In this document: one piece after another, positions 1 to 8,130 of the stretch
Numbering within the stretch: the first letter of the stretch is position 1
Layout of the letters: every line of letters starts with the position of its first letter
DNA from: Patescibacteria group bacterium
Lineage (GTDB): Bacteria; Patescibacteriota; Minisyncoccia; Phycocordibacterales; Phycocordibacteraceae
Reading direction: 5' to 3'
NCBI GenBank assembly: GCA_030837225.1
Contig: JAUPKX010000007.1
Coordinates: 606-64,605, forward strand
Length of the DNA stretch: 64,000 nt
Notes under the pieces: generated by a model
What the model was told of the DNA's origin: nothing
The model's input: only the letters and a program-made list of their open reading frames with translations
Database searches by the model: none
Made by a program: the position numbers and the translations under genes

Positions 1-895
1 TTTGTGTAATCCAGGCACCCTTCTCTTCGTTGTAGCGCTGCCAGCGATGTACTACGGTTGTACCAAAACGAATCGGTGCAAACACGGCCGTGAAGGCACT
101 TAACGATTCTCCAGGGGCAACATGGACGATGCGAGTTCGAAGATCGTACCAAGGGCGCTCTGTCTCTCCCTGAAGCACGTACTGTCCCTCAGTGCGCTCT
201 ACGGAGTGGTATATGCCGCCTTCCTTAAGCGTAAGCGGGATCGGCGGGATGAGTCCTGAAAAGTATGCACTTGAAACAAGTACGGTTATAAGAAGACTTG
301 ATCCAATAATTGGGAGGACGCTCTCTGCAAGCTTCATGCGCCCTGCCTTGTAGAGAAGCGTGAGGAATATGCCGAACGATACGAGCGCTATGGCGGTGCT
401 TCCGAGGAACACGTACGCCCCCAGAGAAAGTACGAAGAGCGGCAAGGCGAATATCGCATACGCATACGTCGTAAAGAACAACAGAACCGCCATGAACGTA
501 ATGCGGTCTTTGTAGCGGCGGAACCATTCGTTGCCGATGAATATCGCAGCGATAAGTATCAAGAACGGCCACGATGCGAGGAGTACTGAACTCTTGGTGT
601 AGAAGATCAGGAATCCGGAGAGCAGGTTTCCGATTAAATACTGCGCAAGAAGCGGAAGGAGCACGATGGCGCTCTTATAGCGGACAGAGGGCTTCTCTGG
701 CGGGCGCGATGATAGGAAGTGCGTAAGAAAGATCGCAAGTGCAGCAAAACCGAGGTATGCAGCAAACAGAATATTAACGAGCGAGATATCAAGAAACACG
801 AACGTAATGATGTCCGTAATAAATCCCCACAGGAACACCAGTGCACCAAGATGGCGCTCGTTGCGCTGAGCCCAGGCAAGAACCTTCTGTATCAT
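1..895 (-). CDS. polytopic membrane protein of unknown function (3' end lies outside window)
   Basis: Open minus-strand frame from ATG (revcomp cat at 893-895) to the window edge; absent from ORF track because no stop is reached; product MIQKVLAWAQRNERHLGALVFLWGF... has many hydrophobic helices followed by a soluble C-terminal part. Confidence 0.5.
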   Translation of the reverse strand, partial: MIQKVLAWAQRNERHLGALVFLWGFITDIITFVFLDISLVNILFAAYLGFAALAIFLTHFLSSRPPEKPSVRYKSAIVLLPLLAQYLIGNLLSGFLIFYTKSSVLLASWPFLILIAAIFIGNEWFRRYKDRITFMAVLLFFTTYAYAIFALPLFVLSLGAYVFLGSTAIALVSFGIFLTLLYKAGRMKLAESVLPIIGSSLLITVLVSSAYFSGLIPPIPLTLKEGGIYHSVERTEGQYVLQGETERPWYDLRTRIVHVAPGESLSAFTAVFAPIRFGTTVVHRWQRYNEEKGAWITQ

Positions 896-921
896 CCCTT
901 AACTATACACGCCCCACATAG

Positions 922-994
922 TGCTTGGGACAGGACTTGAACCTGCAACCCCTTCCGCTTCAAGGAAATGCTCTACCAATTGAGCTACCCAAGC
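922..994 (-). tRNA. tRNA-Phe(GAA)
   Basis: Cloverleaf read by eye: acceptor GCTTGGG/CCCAAGC, D-arm GCTC..GAGC, anticodon stem TTTCC/GGAAG with loop TTGAAGC, T-loop TTCAAGT; no encoded CCA. Confidence 0.85.
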
Positions 995-1014
995 AATATG
1001 AGCACTTTATCATA

Positions 1015-1710
1015 TTAGAACTGAGCTTTCACCCCCTCTATCCAACCCATTAACCGGTGAAATTGTGGCGTGTTACATACTTCAACTTGGAGAGTTCCCC
1101 ACGGCAAACGGTTATATGGTCTTATACCTTTGCTAGCACTACTAACGAGATTCGTTGTTTTACAAAAATTCTCCTTTAACAAACCAGTACTTTTTAACCA
1201 GTATCGCTGAGCTTCTGCCTCATTAATGTGAGGATAGAGACGCATCGACAAACGGATGCTTTCCGCAGGTATATCCATGACTTTCCTTAAAAAGCTTACG
1301 AACAACGTCACCATTTCGGGATCTGAATTAACAAAACTAATTGCATGCCACGTGCGCTCTTTGCCATTACGAAACTTTGCACGTTTATAACCCTCAGCCC
1401 AATATAGTGACGTCCCAATTAACCTCAAGTTCTCTAGAGAAAGCTTTTCAATTTCACGTTTTGCAGTAGTACGAATTAACCGAGAACGTTCTTCTGCTTC
1501 CTTTGTTTGAAGTTTATTTCGTTTAACTAAACCATTAAGCACTCCTTGATGGACTCGACTATTTAAACGAGCCCGGGCTCTATCAGACAGAACTACATCT
1601 TTTAACCAACCTGAGAGTGTTGCTTTAGGTATACCAAGCTCAGAATTAATCTCATTATAGCTCTTCCCTTTTAGGCGCAGTGCAAGAGCTTTTGCTCGTA
1701 AAGGGTTCAT
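1015..1710 (-). CDS. HTH + single-motif LAGLIDADG-type homing endonuclease-like protein
   Basis: N-terminal sigma-r4-like HTH (KALALRLKGKSYNEINSELGIPKATLSGW); motif LIGTSLYWAEGYKRAKF followed by an I-CreI-like core; visibly AT-richer than flanks; stop 20 nt upstream of tRNA-Phe on the same strand. Confidence 0.55.
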   Translation of the reverse strand: MNPLRAKALALRLKGKSYNEINSELGIPKATLSGWLKDVVLSDRARARLNSRVHQGVLNGLVKRNKLQTKEAEERSRLIRTTAKREIEKLSLENLRLIGTSLYWAEGYKRAKFRNGKERTWHAISFVNSDPEMVTLFVSFLRKVMDIPAESIRLSMRLYPHINEAEAQRYWLKSTGLLKENFCKTTNLVSSASKGIRPYNRLPWGTLQVEVCNTPQFHRLMGWIEGVKAQF

Positions 1711-1770
1711 TAATAAATGATAGCCTCATGGGTTCATAAAGGCAACCCGCATATTCACATAACGATATAT

Positions 1771-2085
1771 TCACTCCTGAACCGCCTGATACTGCTCGAT
1801 GAGGCTGTTTATTTGCTCCTCAGACGGGATACCGAAGAACGCTCCCGGATTAGCCTTACCATCTGGAGATTGCCCAGCAAAGGCATCCATAAGAGGTCCC
1901 AGATACGTACTAAGGAAGAAGAGCGGCACACCAAGGAGCACAAGCCAGATCACAATCTTTGCGATGAGGCCGAGAATGGCGTTTCGGCGCATCTCTCGAA
2001 GGAGGCGGTTATTGTCCTTGCCAATAGCAATGTCTTCCTCAAGAAGCTTCTTGAGCTCGCTTGTGTCATCAATCGTTGGTGGCAT
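1771..2085 (-). CDS. small membrane protein, hypothetical
   Basis: 104-aa ORF with one C-terminal TM helix; preferred over overlapping plus-strand ORF 1717..2148, which has no supporting features. Confidence 0.35.
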   Translation of the reverse strand: MPPTIDDTSELKKLLEEDIAIGKDNNRLLREMRRNAILGLIAKIVIWLVLLGVPLFFLSTYLGPLMDAFAGQSPDGKANPGAFFGIPSEEQINSLIEQYQAVQE

Positions 2086-2110
2086 ACGTACCCGAATTAT
2101 ATCATTTGCA

Positions 2111-2182
2111 TGCTCTCGCCAGGAGTCGGACCTGGATTTAAGGTTTAGGAAACCTCCGTTCTATCCATTGAACTACGAGAGC
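2111..2182 (-). tRNA. tRNA-Arg(CCT)
   Basis: Acceptor GCTCTCG/CGAGAGC, D-stem GTTC/GAAC, anticodon stem GAGGT/ACCTT with loop TTCCTAA; no encoded CCA. Confidence 0.8.
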
Positions 2183-2200
2183 GTATCGAGAGAGTAGCAT

Positions 2201-2233
2201 AAAACCCGCACCCATACAGGATGCGGGTTTTAT
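2201..2233 (-). terminator. rho-independent terminator (bidirectional-looking) downstream of glutaredoxin gene
   Basis: aaaa-CCCGCA-cccatacagga-TGCGGG-ttttat. Confidence 0.6.
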
Positions 2234-2243
2234 GCTCTGTTGT

Positions 2244-2504
2244 TTACGCTGCAGAAGCCTCCTCTTCGAGACCAAGGAGTTCGACAAACTTCCGCTTGTC
2301 GAAGCCGACGATCATATCGTCACCGATGAATATTACCGGCACGCCCATCTGGCCACTCTTATCGATCATCTCCTGGCGCTTCTCCATATCGTTCGCCACG
2401 TTATATTCCGTGTACGCAACGTTGTTCTCTTTGAAGAACTCCTTGCTCATCTGGCAGAAGTGGCAAGTAGGGGTGGTGTAAATAGTGACGTTCTTTTGAT
2501 CCAT
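2244..2504 (-). CDS. glutaredoxin-like protein (NrdH/Grx fold)
   Basis: 86 aa with CHFC active-site motif near N-terminus, typical thioredoxin-fold spacing. Confidence 0.75.
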   Translation of the reverse strand: MDQKNVTIYTTPTCHFCQMSKEFFKENNVAYTEYNVANDMEKRQEMIDKSGQMGVPVIFIGDDMIVGFDKRKFVELLGLEEEASAA

Positions 2505-2550
2505 GGTGATTTCTTAGTGTGAGGTCAGTATAGCATTTTCGTATATAAAC

Positions 2551-2592
2551 AAGACAAAAGAAGAAGGCCCACCCCGCATTGCGGAATGGGCC
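2551..2592 (-). terminator. terminator-like hairpin downstream of OMP gene
   Basis: GGCCCA...TGGGCC stem followed on minus strand by T-rich run (revcomp of aagacaaaagaagaa). Confidence 0.45.
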
Positions 2593-2619
2593 CCCTGATA
2601 CTCTGGTGTACTGTCGCGC

Positions 2620-3294
2620 TTAGAAGCGCAAGCGCAGGCTGATCCGAGCCTGATTGAACTCAGCCGAGTCCTCATAGGACTCGTCACCATCAAATTCGAT
2701 GGTGGATTGGACGACGTCGGAACGTGTCCACTCGCCGCCAATCGAAATACGGTCGGTCAGGGCGTATTCGGCGCGCACGCCGAAGTACGGACCAGCAGCG
2801 ATCCACGTCTGGTCGTAGAAGTAGTCTTCCGAGTCGGGATCGTCGCTCTCGACTTCGGTATAGATGCCGCGGTCGCGAACCTCGATGCCGGCCAGGGCCG
2901 ACACGAGCACCGGACCGAATTCGTGGCCGACCGAAACGCCGAAGCGCCCGCTGTACGAGGAGTTCACGGTGTACGTGACCTGCTCGTTGTAGCCGCAGTC
3001 GCGGACCGTACAGGTGACCAGAGTGTCCGAGTCCTTGATGGACCCCATGGTCGCGGAGGCTTCGACACCCACGACCAGGTGGCCCAGCGGGAAGCGATAG
3101 CTGGCGCCCAGACCGTAGACCGAGCCGGTGGGCTCGATGTCGGTGAAGTAACCGTCGTCAGACGAGCTGGCCTCGGTCGAGTTGCCGACGAAAACGTCGG
3201 CGCCCCATCCGGTCCAGCGATCCTGGGCAGCGGCCTGGCCGGCACACAGAAGAGCCACGGCGGCCGAAGTCGCTGCAAGAACCATATTTTGCAT
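2620..3294 (-). CDS. outer-membrane beta-barrel protein (OmpA-like N-terminal-barrel type) with signal peptide
   Basis: Signal peptide MQNMVLAATSAAVALLCAGQAAAQD; alternating amphipathic strands; C-terminal aromatic ...SLRLRF; GC and GC3 clearly higher than neighbours. Confidence 0.6.
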   Translation of the reverse strand: MQNMVLAATSAAVALLCAGQAAAQDRWTGWGADVFVGNSTEASSSDDGYFTDIEPTGSVYGLGASYRFPLGHLVVGVEASATMGSIKDSDTLVTCTVRDCGYNEQVTYTVNSSYSGRFGVSVGHEFGPVLVSALAGIEVRDRGIYTEVESDDPDSEDYFYDQTWIAAGPYFGVRAEYALTDRISIGGEWTRSDVVQSTIEFDGDESYEDSAEFNQARISLRLRF

Positions 3295-3379
3295 GAGTTA
3301 GTCCCTTTCAAAGGCCAAGCGCCTCTGAAAATACAATAGCATATACTTGCTACTCTGTCAATATATATGCACTATACAT

Positions 3380-3748
3380 TTACCAAATCCCAAACCACCC
3401 GAGAAGTCGCTTATACCAGGGCATATACGGATCGAGCTCGTCCTCTTTGGGCGGCACCACGATAATTACCTCCTCTCCAGCACGAGCCACACCATGATTC
3501 TGCCGAAGTGTTGCTTCCTGTCCGCGTTCGGTAGAAAGTTCTGCGAGATTGTCCTCAAATACTGCCTTACGCTCACTCAAAACCGCAAGTTCAGACTTTC
3601 GGTCGTCAACGGCACTCCGGGCGATCTCTTCCTTGCGTGCAATTCCCCACACCGCCCACAAGAGCACGAGAAATAGTACCGAGAGGCCGCTCGCGAGCAA
3701 GTACTCGCCGACACGCTTGGCATGTTGTCTCTTCGAAGTTCGAGGCAT
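3380..3748 (-). CDS. FtsB/DivIC-like septum formation initiator (membrane-anchored coiled coil)
   Basis: N-terminal TM helix then coiled-coil segment; located directly upstream of lepA. Confidence 0.4.
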   Translation of the reverse strand: MPRTSKRQHAKRVGEYLLASGLSVLFLVLLWAVWGIARKEEIARSAVDDRKSELAVLSERKAVFEDNLAELSTERGQEATLRQNHGVARAGEEVIIVVPPKEDELDPYMPWYKRLLGWFGIW

Positions 3749-3771
3749 TAGCCTCTAGTATAGCAATCTCT

Positions 3772-5571
3772 CTAGCGTTCCGAGTCCTGCACCATCTTCA
3801 TAAACACGTCCTGCGGGATGTCCATCTTCGCGTGCTCGCCACGACGCTTCTTTCCCTTCTTTTGCTTCTCGAGAAGTTTCATCTTTCGGGTGATGTCGCC
3901 TCCATAGAGGTATCCCGTAACATCCTTGCGGAGCGCTGAAATAGAACGCGATGCCACGATACGCCCAAGCGCATGCGCCTGAATCTTAAGAACGAACATC
4001 TGGCGCGGCAGAATCTCATGGAGCTTCTCCACCATACGGTCTCCCTCCTCAACAACACGGCGGCGAGACACGACGCGCGCAAATGCCGGCACCGGTTCTT
4101 CCGCAACAAAGATCTCAAGCTTCACAACGTCCGCAGGGCGCTCATCCAAGAACTCGTATGAAAGCGACGCGTACCCTGATGAAGCATTCTTCACCTTGTC
4201 GAAGAACCCGCGCATAAGTTCTCGAAGCGGCATCTCAACCGCAAGCTCAATGCGTCCATCAAGATGCGTCTCGGTCTCGAGCACGTTCCCTTCGTGGTCA
4301 TGGAAGAGCTGGATCATGTTCGAGAGCGAGTCAGGCGGCGTAATAAGCACCACCTTCACCCACGGTTCTTCGATCTTCTCAGTCTCGCCGAACGCTGGGA
4401 ACTTGGACGGCGTGTAGACAGTCTCACGCTTTCCGCGCTTGTCCGTAACAACGTACGCGATGGTGGGAATAGTAACGATAAGCTCGAGATCGAACTCCCG
4501 CTTTAAGCGCTCAATAATAATCTCGAGATGGAGCATGCCGAGGAATCCGCAACGAAACCCGCGCCCGAGCATGCCGGAGGATTCTTCCTCAAAGGTAAGG
4601 GATGAGTCCGAGAGACGAAGACGCTCTAGAGATTGCCGAAGTTCCGTGAGATCGTCCTGGCTCTCCGGATACACCGATGCCCATACAACAGGACGTGGAC
4701 GCTCGAAGCCTTCAAGACCCGTCGTAGATCCTGCGTTCGCTATAACCGTGTCTCCCACATTAACGACACCTGCCTGCTTAACGCCGGTAACCAGGTACCC
4801 AATCTCTCCTGCGGACAAAGACTCAGTCGCAAGCTCATCTGGCATGAAAATACCCGTCTCAAGGGCTGTAAAACGCTCTCCAGCGGCCGCAAACCGAAGT
4901 ACGTCCCCTTTCTTAAATACCCCATCAAACACGCGCATAAAGACCGTAATCCCGCGGTGCGTAGAATAGGAGAAATCGAAGATAAGCGCCCGTGGTCCGC
5001 CCTCGCTCGGTCTCGGGGCCGGAACCTTTGCGATGACTTCTTCAAGGAGAGCCTCGACGCCTTCCCCGGTACGTCCCGAAACCGCGAGCACGCTATCAGG
5101 ATCTACTGAAAGGAGCTCCGCGAGCTCGAGTGACACGTCGTCAGGACGCGCTGCAGGGGAGTCGATCTTAGAAATAACCGGGATAACCACACAGCCCGCC
5201 GCCTTCGCCATCTGAAGCGTGGTTAGGGTCTGCGCTTGAATTCCCTGTGTTGAGTCGACAAGTAAAAGGACTCCTTCGACAGCAGAAAGGGAGCGAGATA
5301 CTTCGTATGCGAAGTCGATATGCCCAGGTGTGTCTATGAGATTTAATACATATTCGGTACCATCCTTTCCACGATATTTCATCTTTGCTGGCTGCATCTT
5401 GATGGTGATGCCGCGCTCACGCTCGAGATCCATTTTGTCGAGAACCTGGTCGCGCATCTTTCGGGCCTCAATGGTGCCAGTTCGCTCCAGCATTCGGTCA
5501 GCAAGCGTAGACTTTCCGTGGTCCACGTGTGCAATGATGCTGAAGTTCCTGATATTACTGAATGGTTCCAT
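3772..5571 (-). CDS. lepA: elongation factor 4 (LepA)
   Basis: 599 aa; G-domain AHVDHGKST, DTPGHIDF; LepA-specific C-terminal domain. Confidence 0.95.
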   Translation of the reverse strand: MEPFSNIRNFSIIAHVDHGKSTLADRMLERTGTIEARKMRDQVLDKMDLERERGITIKMQPAKMKYRGKDGTEYVLNLIDTPGHIDFAYEVSRSLSAVEGVLLLVDSTQGIQAQTLTTLQMAKAAGCVVIPVISKIDSPAARPDDVSLELAELLSVDPDSVLAVSGRTGEGVEALLEEVIAKVPAPRPSEGGPRALIFDFSYSTHRGITVFMRVFDGVFKKGDVLRFAAAGERFTALETGIFMPDELATESLSAGEIGYLVTGVKQAGVVNVGDTVIANAGSTTGLEGFERPRPVVWASVYPESQDDLTELRQSLERLRLSDSSLTFEEESSGMLGRGFRCGFLGMLHLEIIIERLKREFDLELIVTIPTIAYVVTDKRGKRETVYTPSKFPAFGETEKIEEPWVKVVLITPPDSLSNMIQLFHDHEGNVLETETHLDGRIELAVEMPLRELMRGFFDKVKNASSGYASLSYEFLDERPADVVKLEIFVAEEPVPAFARVVSRRRVVEEGDRMVEKLHEILPRQMFVLKIQAHALGRIVASRSISALRKDVTGYLYGGDITRKMKLLEKQKKGKKRRGEHAKMDIPQDVFMKMVQDSER

Positions 5572-6385
5572 GTAGCCTTCGAGTCCTTATGTTTTGTAAT
5601 ACCATATTTGCGTCAGCTCTGCGCTTTTCGTGCTGTAGCCATGGCTCTAAGTAATTAATCAGTTTCTCTAATGAGCCTGCTTCATTTACTGAAATTCGCC
5701 ATAGATCTTCCTTCCATTCCCATCCATAATCGTCTTCTCCTTTTCTAGCGATAATCCGAAACTTGCTATTCAATCCATGCCTTAAGAAAAGAGCGTGTAT
5801 ATCAGAAAGAATTGTGTAATCGTATGCATCGACTTTAAATCTCCCTCTTCCTTGATTTAAGCCAAGCGTTCCTTCGGCATCAATATAACCTGCCGAGAAT
5901 GCCCATTGCAGCATATCGCTTGACGCAAGCCACGTACGTATTTCCGGCGGATACTTCGTAAGTAAAAAAGAAAAGCTTGTATCCAAATAGCACGTCATCT
6001 GAGTACTTCGAGTACCTTCTGAAACTGTTACAGTCCCATATTTTTCAAACAAATTCTTGAAAAGGTTTCCTTGAACAGCATGTGTCGAGTGCGATCGTAC
6101 GACTATGGTTTCCGAAGCTCCTTTAGGCTGGTACACGTTGAGGTCTCCATACCGAAAGCCAAGCATATAGGCCTTCTCTAGATCCGTGCCTGAAAAGTTA
6201 TACTTCTCATAACGCATCTGCGCTGCACTCTTTGTTTTAAGGGGTATCCCAGCTTCTAGAAGACGACTGCGGACTGTAATGGATGTACAACCGTATTCTA
6301 TCGCTATCTTTGCAGGAGACCATTTCTCATTAATATAGAGATGTCGTAGATCCGATTCAGGTATGAGGATTTTTGTCCTTCCCAT
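5555..6385 (-). CDS. HTH + double-motif LAGLIDADG homing endonuclease-like protein
   Basis: Two dodecapeptide motifs (AYMLGFRYGDLNV and AFSAGYIDAEGTLGL); N-terminal HTH; AT-rich relative to flanks; 3' end overlaps lepA start by 17 nt. Confidence 0.7.
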   Translation of the reverse strand: MGRTKILIPESDLRHLYINEKWSPAKIAIEYGCTSITVRSRLLEAGIPLKTKSAAQMRYEKYNFSGTDLEKAYMLGFRYGDLNVYQPKGASETIVVRSHSTHAVQGNLFKNLFEKYGTVTVSEGTRSTQMTCYLDTSFSFLLTKYPPEIRTWLASSDMLQWAFSAGYIDAEGTLGLNQGRGRFKVDAYDYTILSDIHALFLRHGLNSKFRIIARKGEDDYGWEWKEDLWRISVNEAGSLEKLINYLEPWLQHEKRRADANMVLQNIRTRRLHGTIQ

Positions 6386-6432
6386 ACCCTGAATTCTACC
6401 ACACCGTGATCTAGTACAACAATCAATGAAAA

Positions 6433-8115
6433 CTATGCATCCGGACGATCAGAGAGGACGGGTCCGGAAGGCTTGAGCGCGGTCGATGGCTTCATGCGCT
6501 TCAGGGAGTCAACGAGATCCTTGAACTCGCGGTTCGCGAGAAGGGCAAGGACCGCCGCCGCAACCATAAGACCCACCATACCAGCAATGAAGGCCTCGGT
6601 GAAGACAACGAGAAGCGTGGTCGCTGGTGCAAGATTCCCGAGGAACGAAAGCACACCATACGCAGCTGACCCACCAAGGATTGCAGAGGCTGCTCCCTCA
6701 AACATCGGACGGACCAAGGAACGTGCAACACCCGGCGCAACCGCACTGAGCGTAACGAGTGCGAATACGCCCGTTGCTACCGATCCGAGCATGCTGCCAA
6801 GCGCGATGAGAAGGATGGCCGTTCCGGGGACTCCCTCAACACGAAGGAGTGCCTCAACAAAGTACCCAACCGCCGGGAACTGTGCGGACAACATCAGAAG
6901 CCCTACTGCCGAAAGAACGGCCACAACGAGTCCCCCAATCTGAATCAATAATGGGTTCCAGGATTTCTTGGCGGCATAGAACGCGCGGGATGCGAGCAAC
7001 ACAATACCCTGCGCCATAAGACCAATAACAAGGAGCGCGAGTATTGCTGCTGTGAGTCTCGTTGCATCCCAATCAAAGGCACCGGTGCCGAGCACGATAC
7101 GCACAATGTGCGCTCGCAACACGAGAATAAGCACCGAGAGAATCGCAGACCAAAATACAATGTGTCGTGCTGCTGCAGACAACGTCGCCTTGAACGCGTC
7201 GTATCGCTTAGCTTCCATGCTTTCGGCCAAGACCGGGAATGCGGCGGTTGCATAGGACGCGGCAATAAGGGAGAGCGGTACCGCCTGAAGATTCTGTGCC
7301 AGCGAGAACACGGCGATGCTTCCCTCACCCGTTCTTGCTGCAAGGATTGTCAGGATAAGTGCCGTAACCGATCCCATAGCGAGCGCCAGGGAACGTGGGA
7401 CCGAATCGCTCATAACACTCCAAAGCACCTTTGGAGACGGGATAACGAGTCTTGGGAACATCCGTTCCTCAACCAAGACCGGGATATGGATAAGAAGATG
7501 CGCCAAGGCACCCGCCAACACTCCAATACCAATACCAGGAAGGCCATAGAGTGGATACAGGAGCACTGTGCCCGCAATGATGCCGAGGTTGTAGAGCACC
7601 GGCGAAAGCGCAAACAGGAAGAAGCGACGGCGCACCTGCGTCACACTCGTAACAATTCCCGAAAGCCCGAGCAGTATCGGCTGAACAAGAAGGATGCGTG
7701 CGAGTAGCACGAACCCTTCTGCGTTCGGAGAATCAATTGCTGCCGGGAACAACGCAAACAACAACGTCGGCGCGAAGAGCGCGAGCACAAGACACAGCAA
7801 CCCTCCTCCGATAAAGAGGAAGGATGCAGTTTGCGAGATGAGCTCTTGCGATTCTTTTCGTGTTCCTCCCGCTATCCGCGGGATGAGGACGTACGCTGAG
7901 ACTAGGGACGCAACGAGTGCGAACACCAGGTCTGGAACTTTGAATGCTGCGTAGTAGAGATCGAGTACGTCACCCGCCCCGAAGCTGTGGGCGAACAATC
8001 GGTCTCTCAAAAGAGCGAGTGCCTGAGACGCAAGCGTCAGCCCAGCAAGCACGTACGCGGCCTGATGTAGGCCGCGTACGGGTGCTGTAAGCGAGGTGAG
8101 TATCTTTCGTACCAT
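6433..8115 (-). CDS. murJ: lipid II flippase MurJ (MviN family)
   Basis: 560 aa, ~14 TM helices; N-terminal MurJ signature ...DLYYAAFKVPDLVFAL... Confidence 0.8.
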   Translation of the reverse strand: MVRKILTSLTAPVRGLHQAAYVLAGLTLASQALALLRDRLFAHSFGAGDVLDLYYAAFKVPDLVFALVASLVSAYVLIPRIAGGTRKESQELISQTASFLFIGGGLLCLVLALFAPTLLFALFPAAIDSPNAEGFVLLARILLVQPILLGLSGIVTSVTQVRRRFFLFALSPVLYNLGIIAGTVLLYPLYGLPGIGIGVLAGALAHLLIHIPVLVEERMFPRLVIPSPKVLWSVMSDSVPRSLALAMGSVTALILTILAARTGEGSIAVFSLAQNLQAVPLSLIAASYATAAFPVLAESMEAKRYDAFKATLSAAARHIVFWSAILSVLILVLRAHIVRIVLGTGAFDWDATRLTAAILALLVIGLMAQGIVLLASRAFYAAKKSWNPLLIQIGGLVVAVLSAVGLLMLSAQFPAVGYFVEALLRVEGVPGTAILLIALGSMLGSVATGVFALVTLSAVAPGVARSLVRPMFEGAASAILGGSAAYGVLSFLGNLAPATTLLVVFTEAFIAGMVGLMVAAAVLALLANREFKDLVDSLKRMKPSTALKPSGPVLSDRPDA

Positions 8116-8130
8116 GCGCCCTTAGGAGAA

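Noticed and set aside
1717-2148. Plus-strand ORF 1717..2148 (143 aa) and other long antisense ORFs inside GC-rich genes (e.g. 2707..3339, 17024..18391, 43435..44829, 27334..27873)
   Set aside because: Shadow frames opposite well-supported genes (membrane protein, OMP, groEL, RND pump); Arg/Ser/Pro-rich low-complexity translations; no RBS or terminator support.
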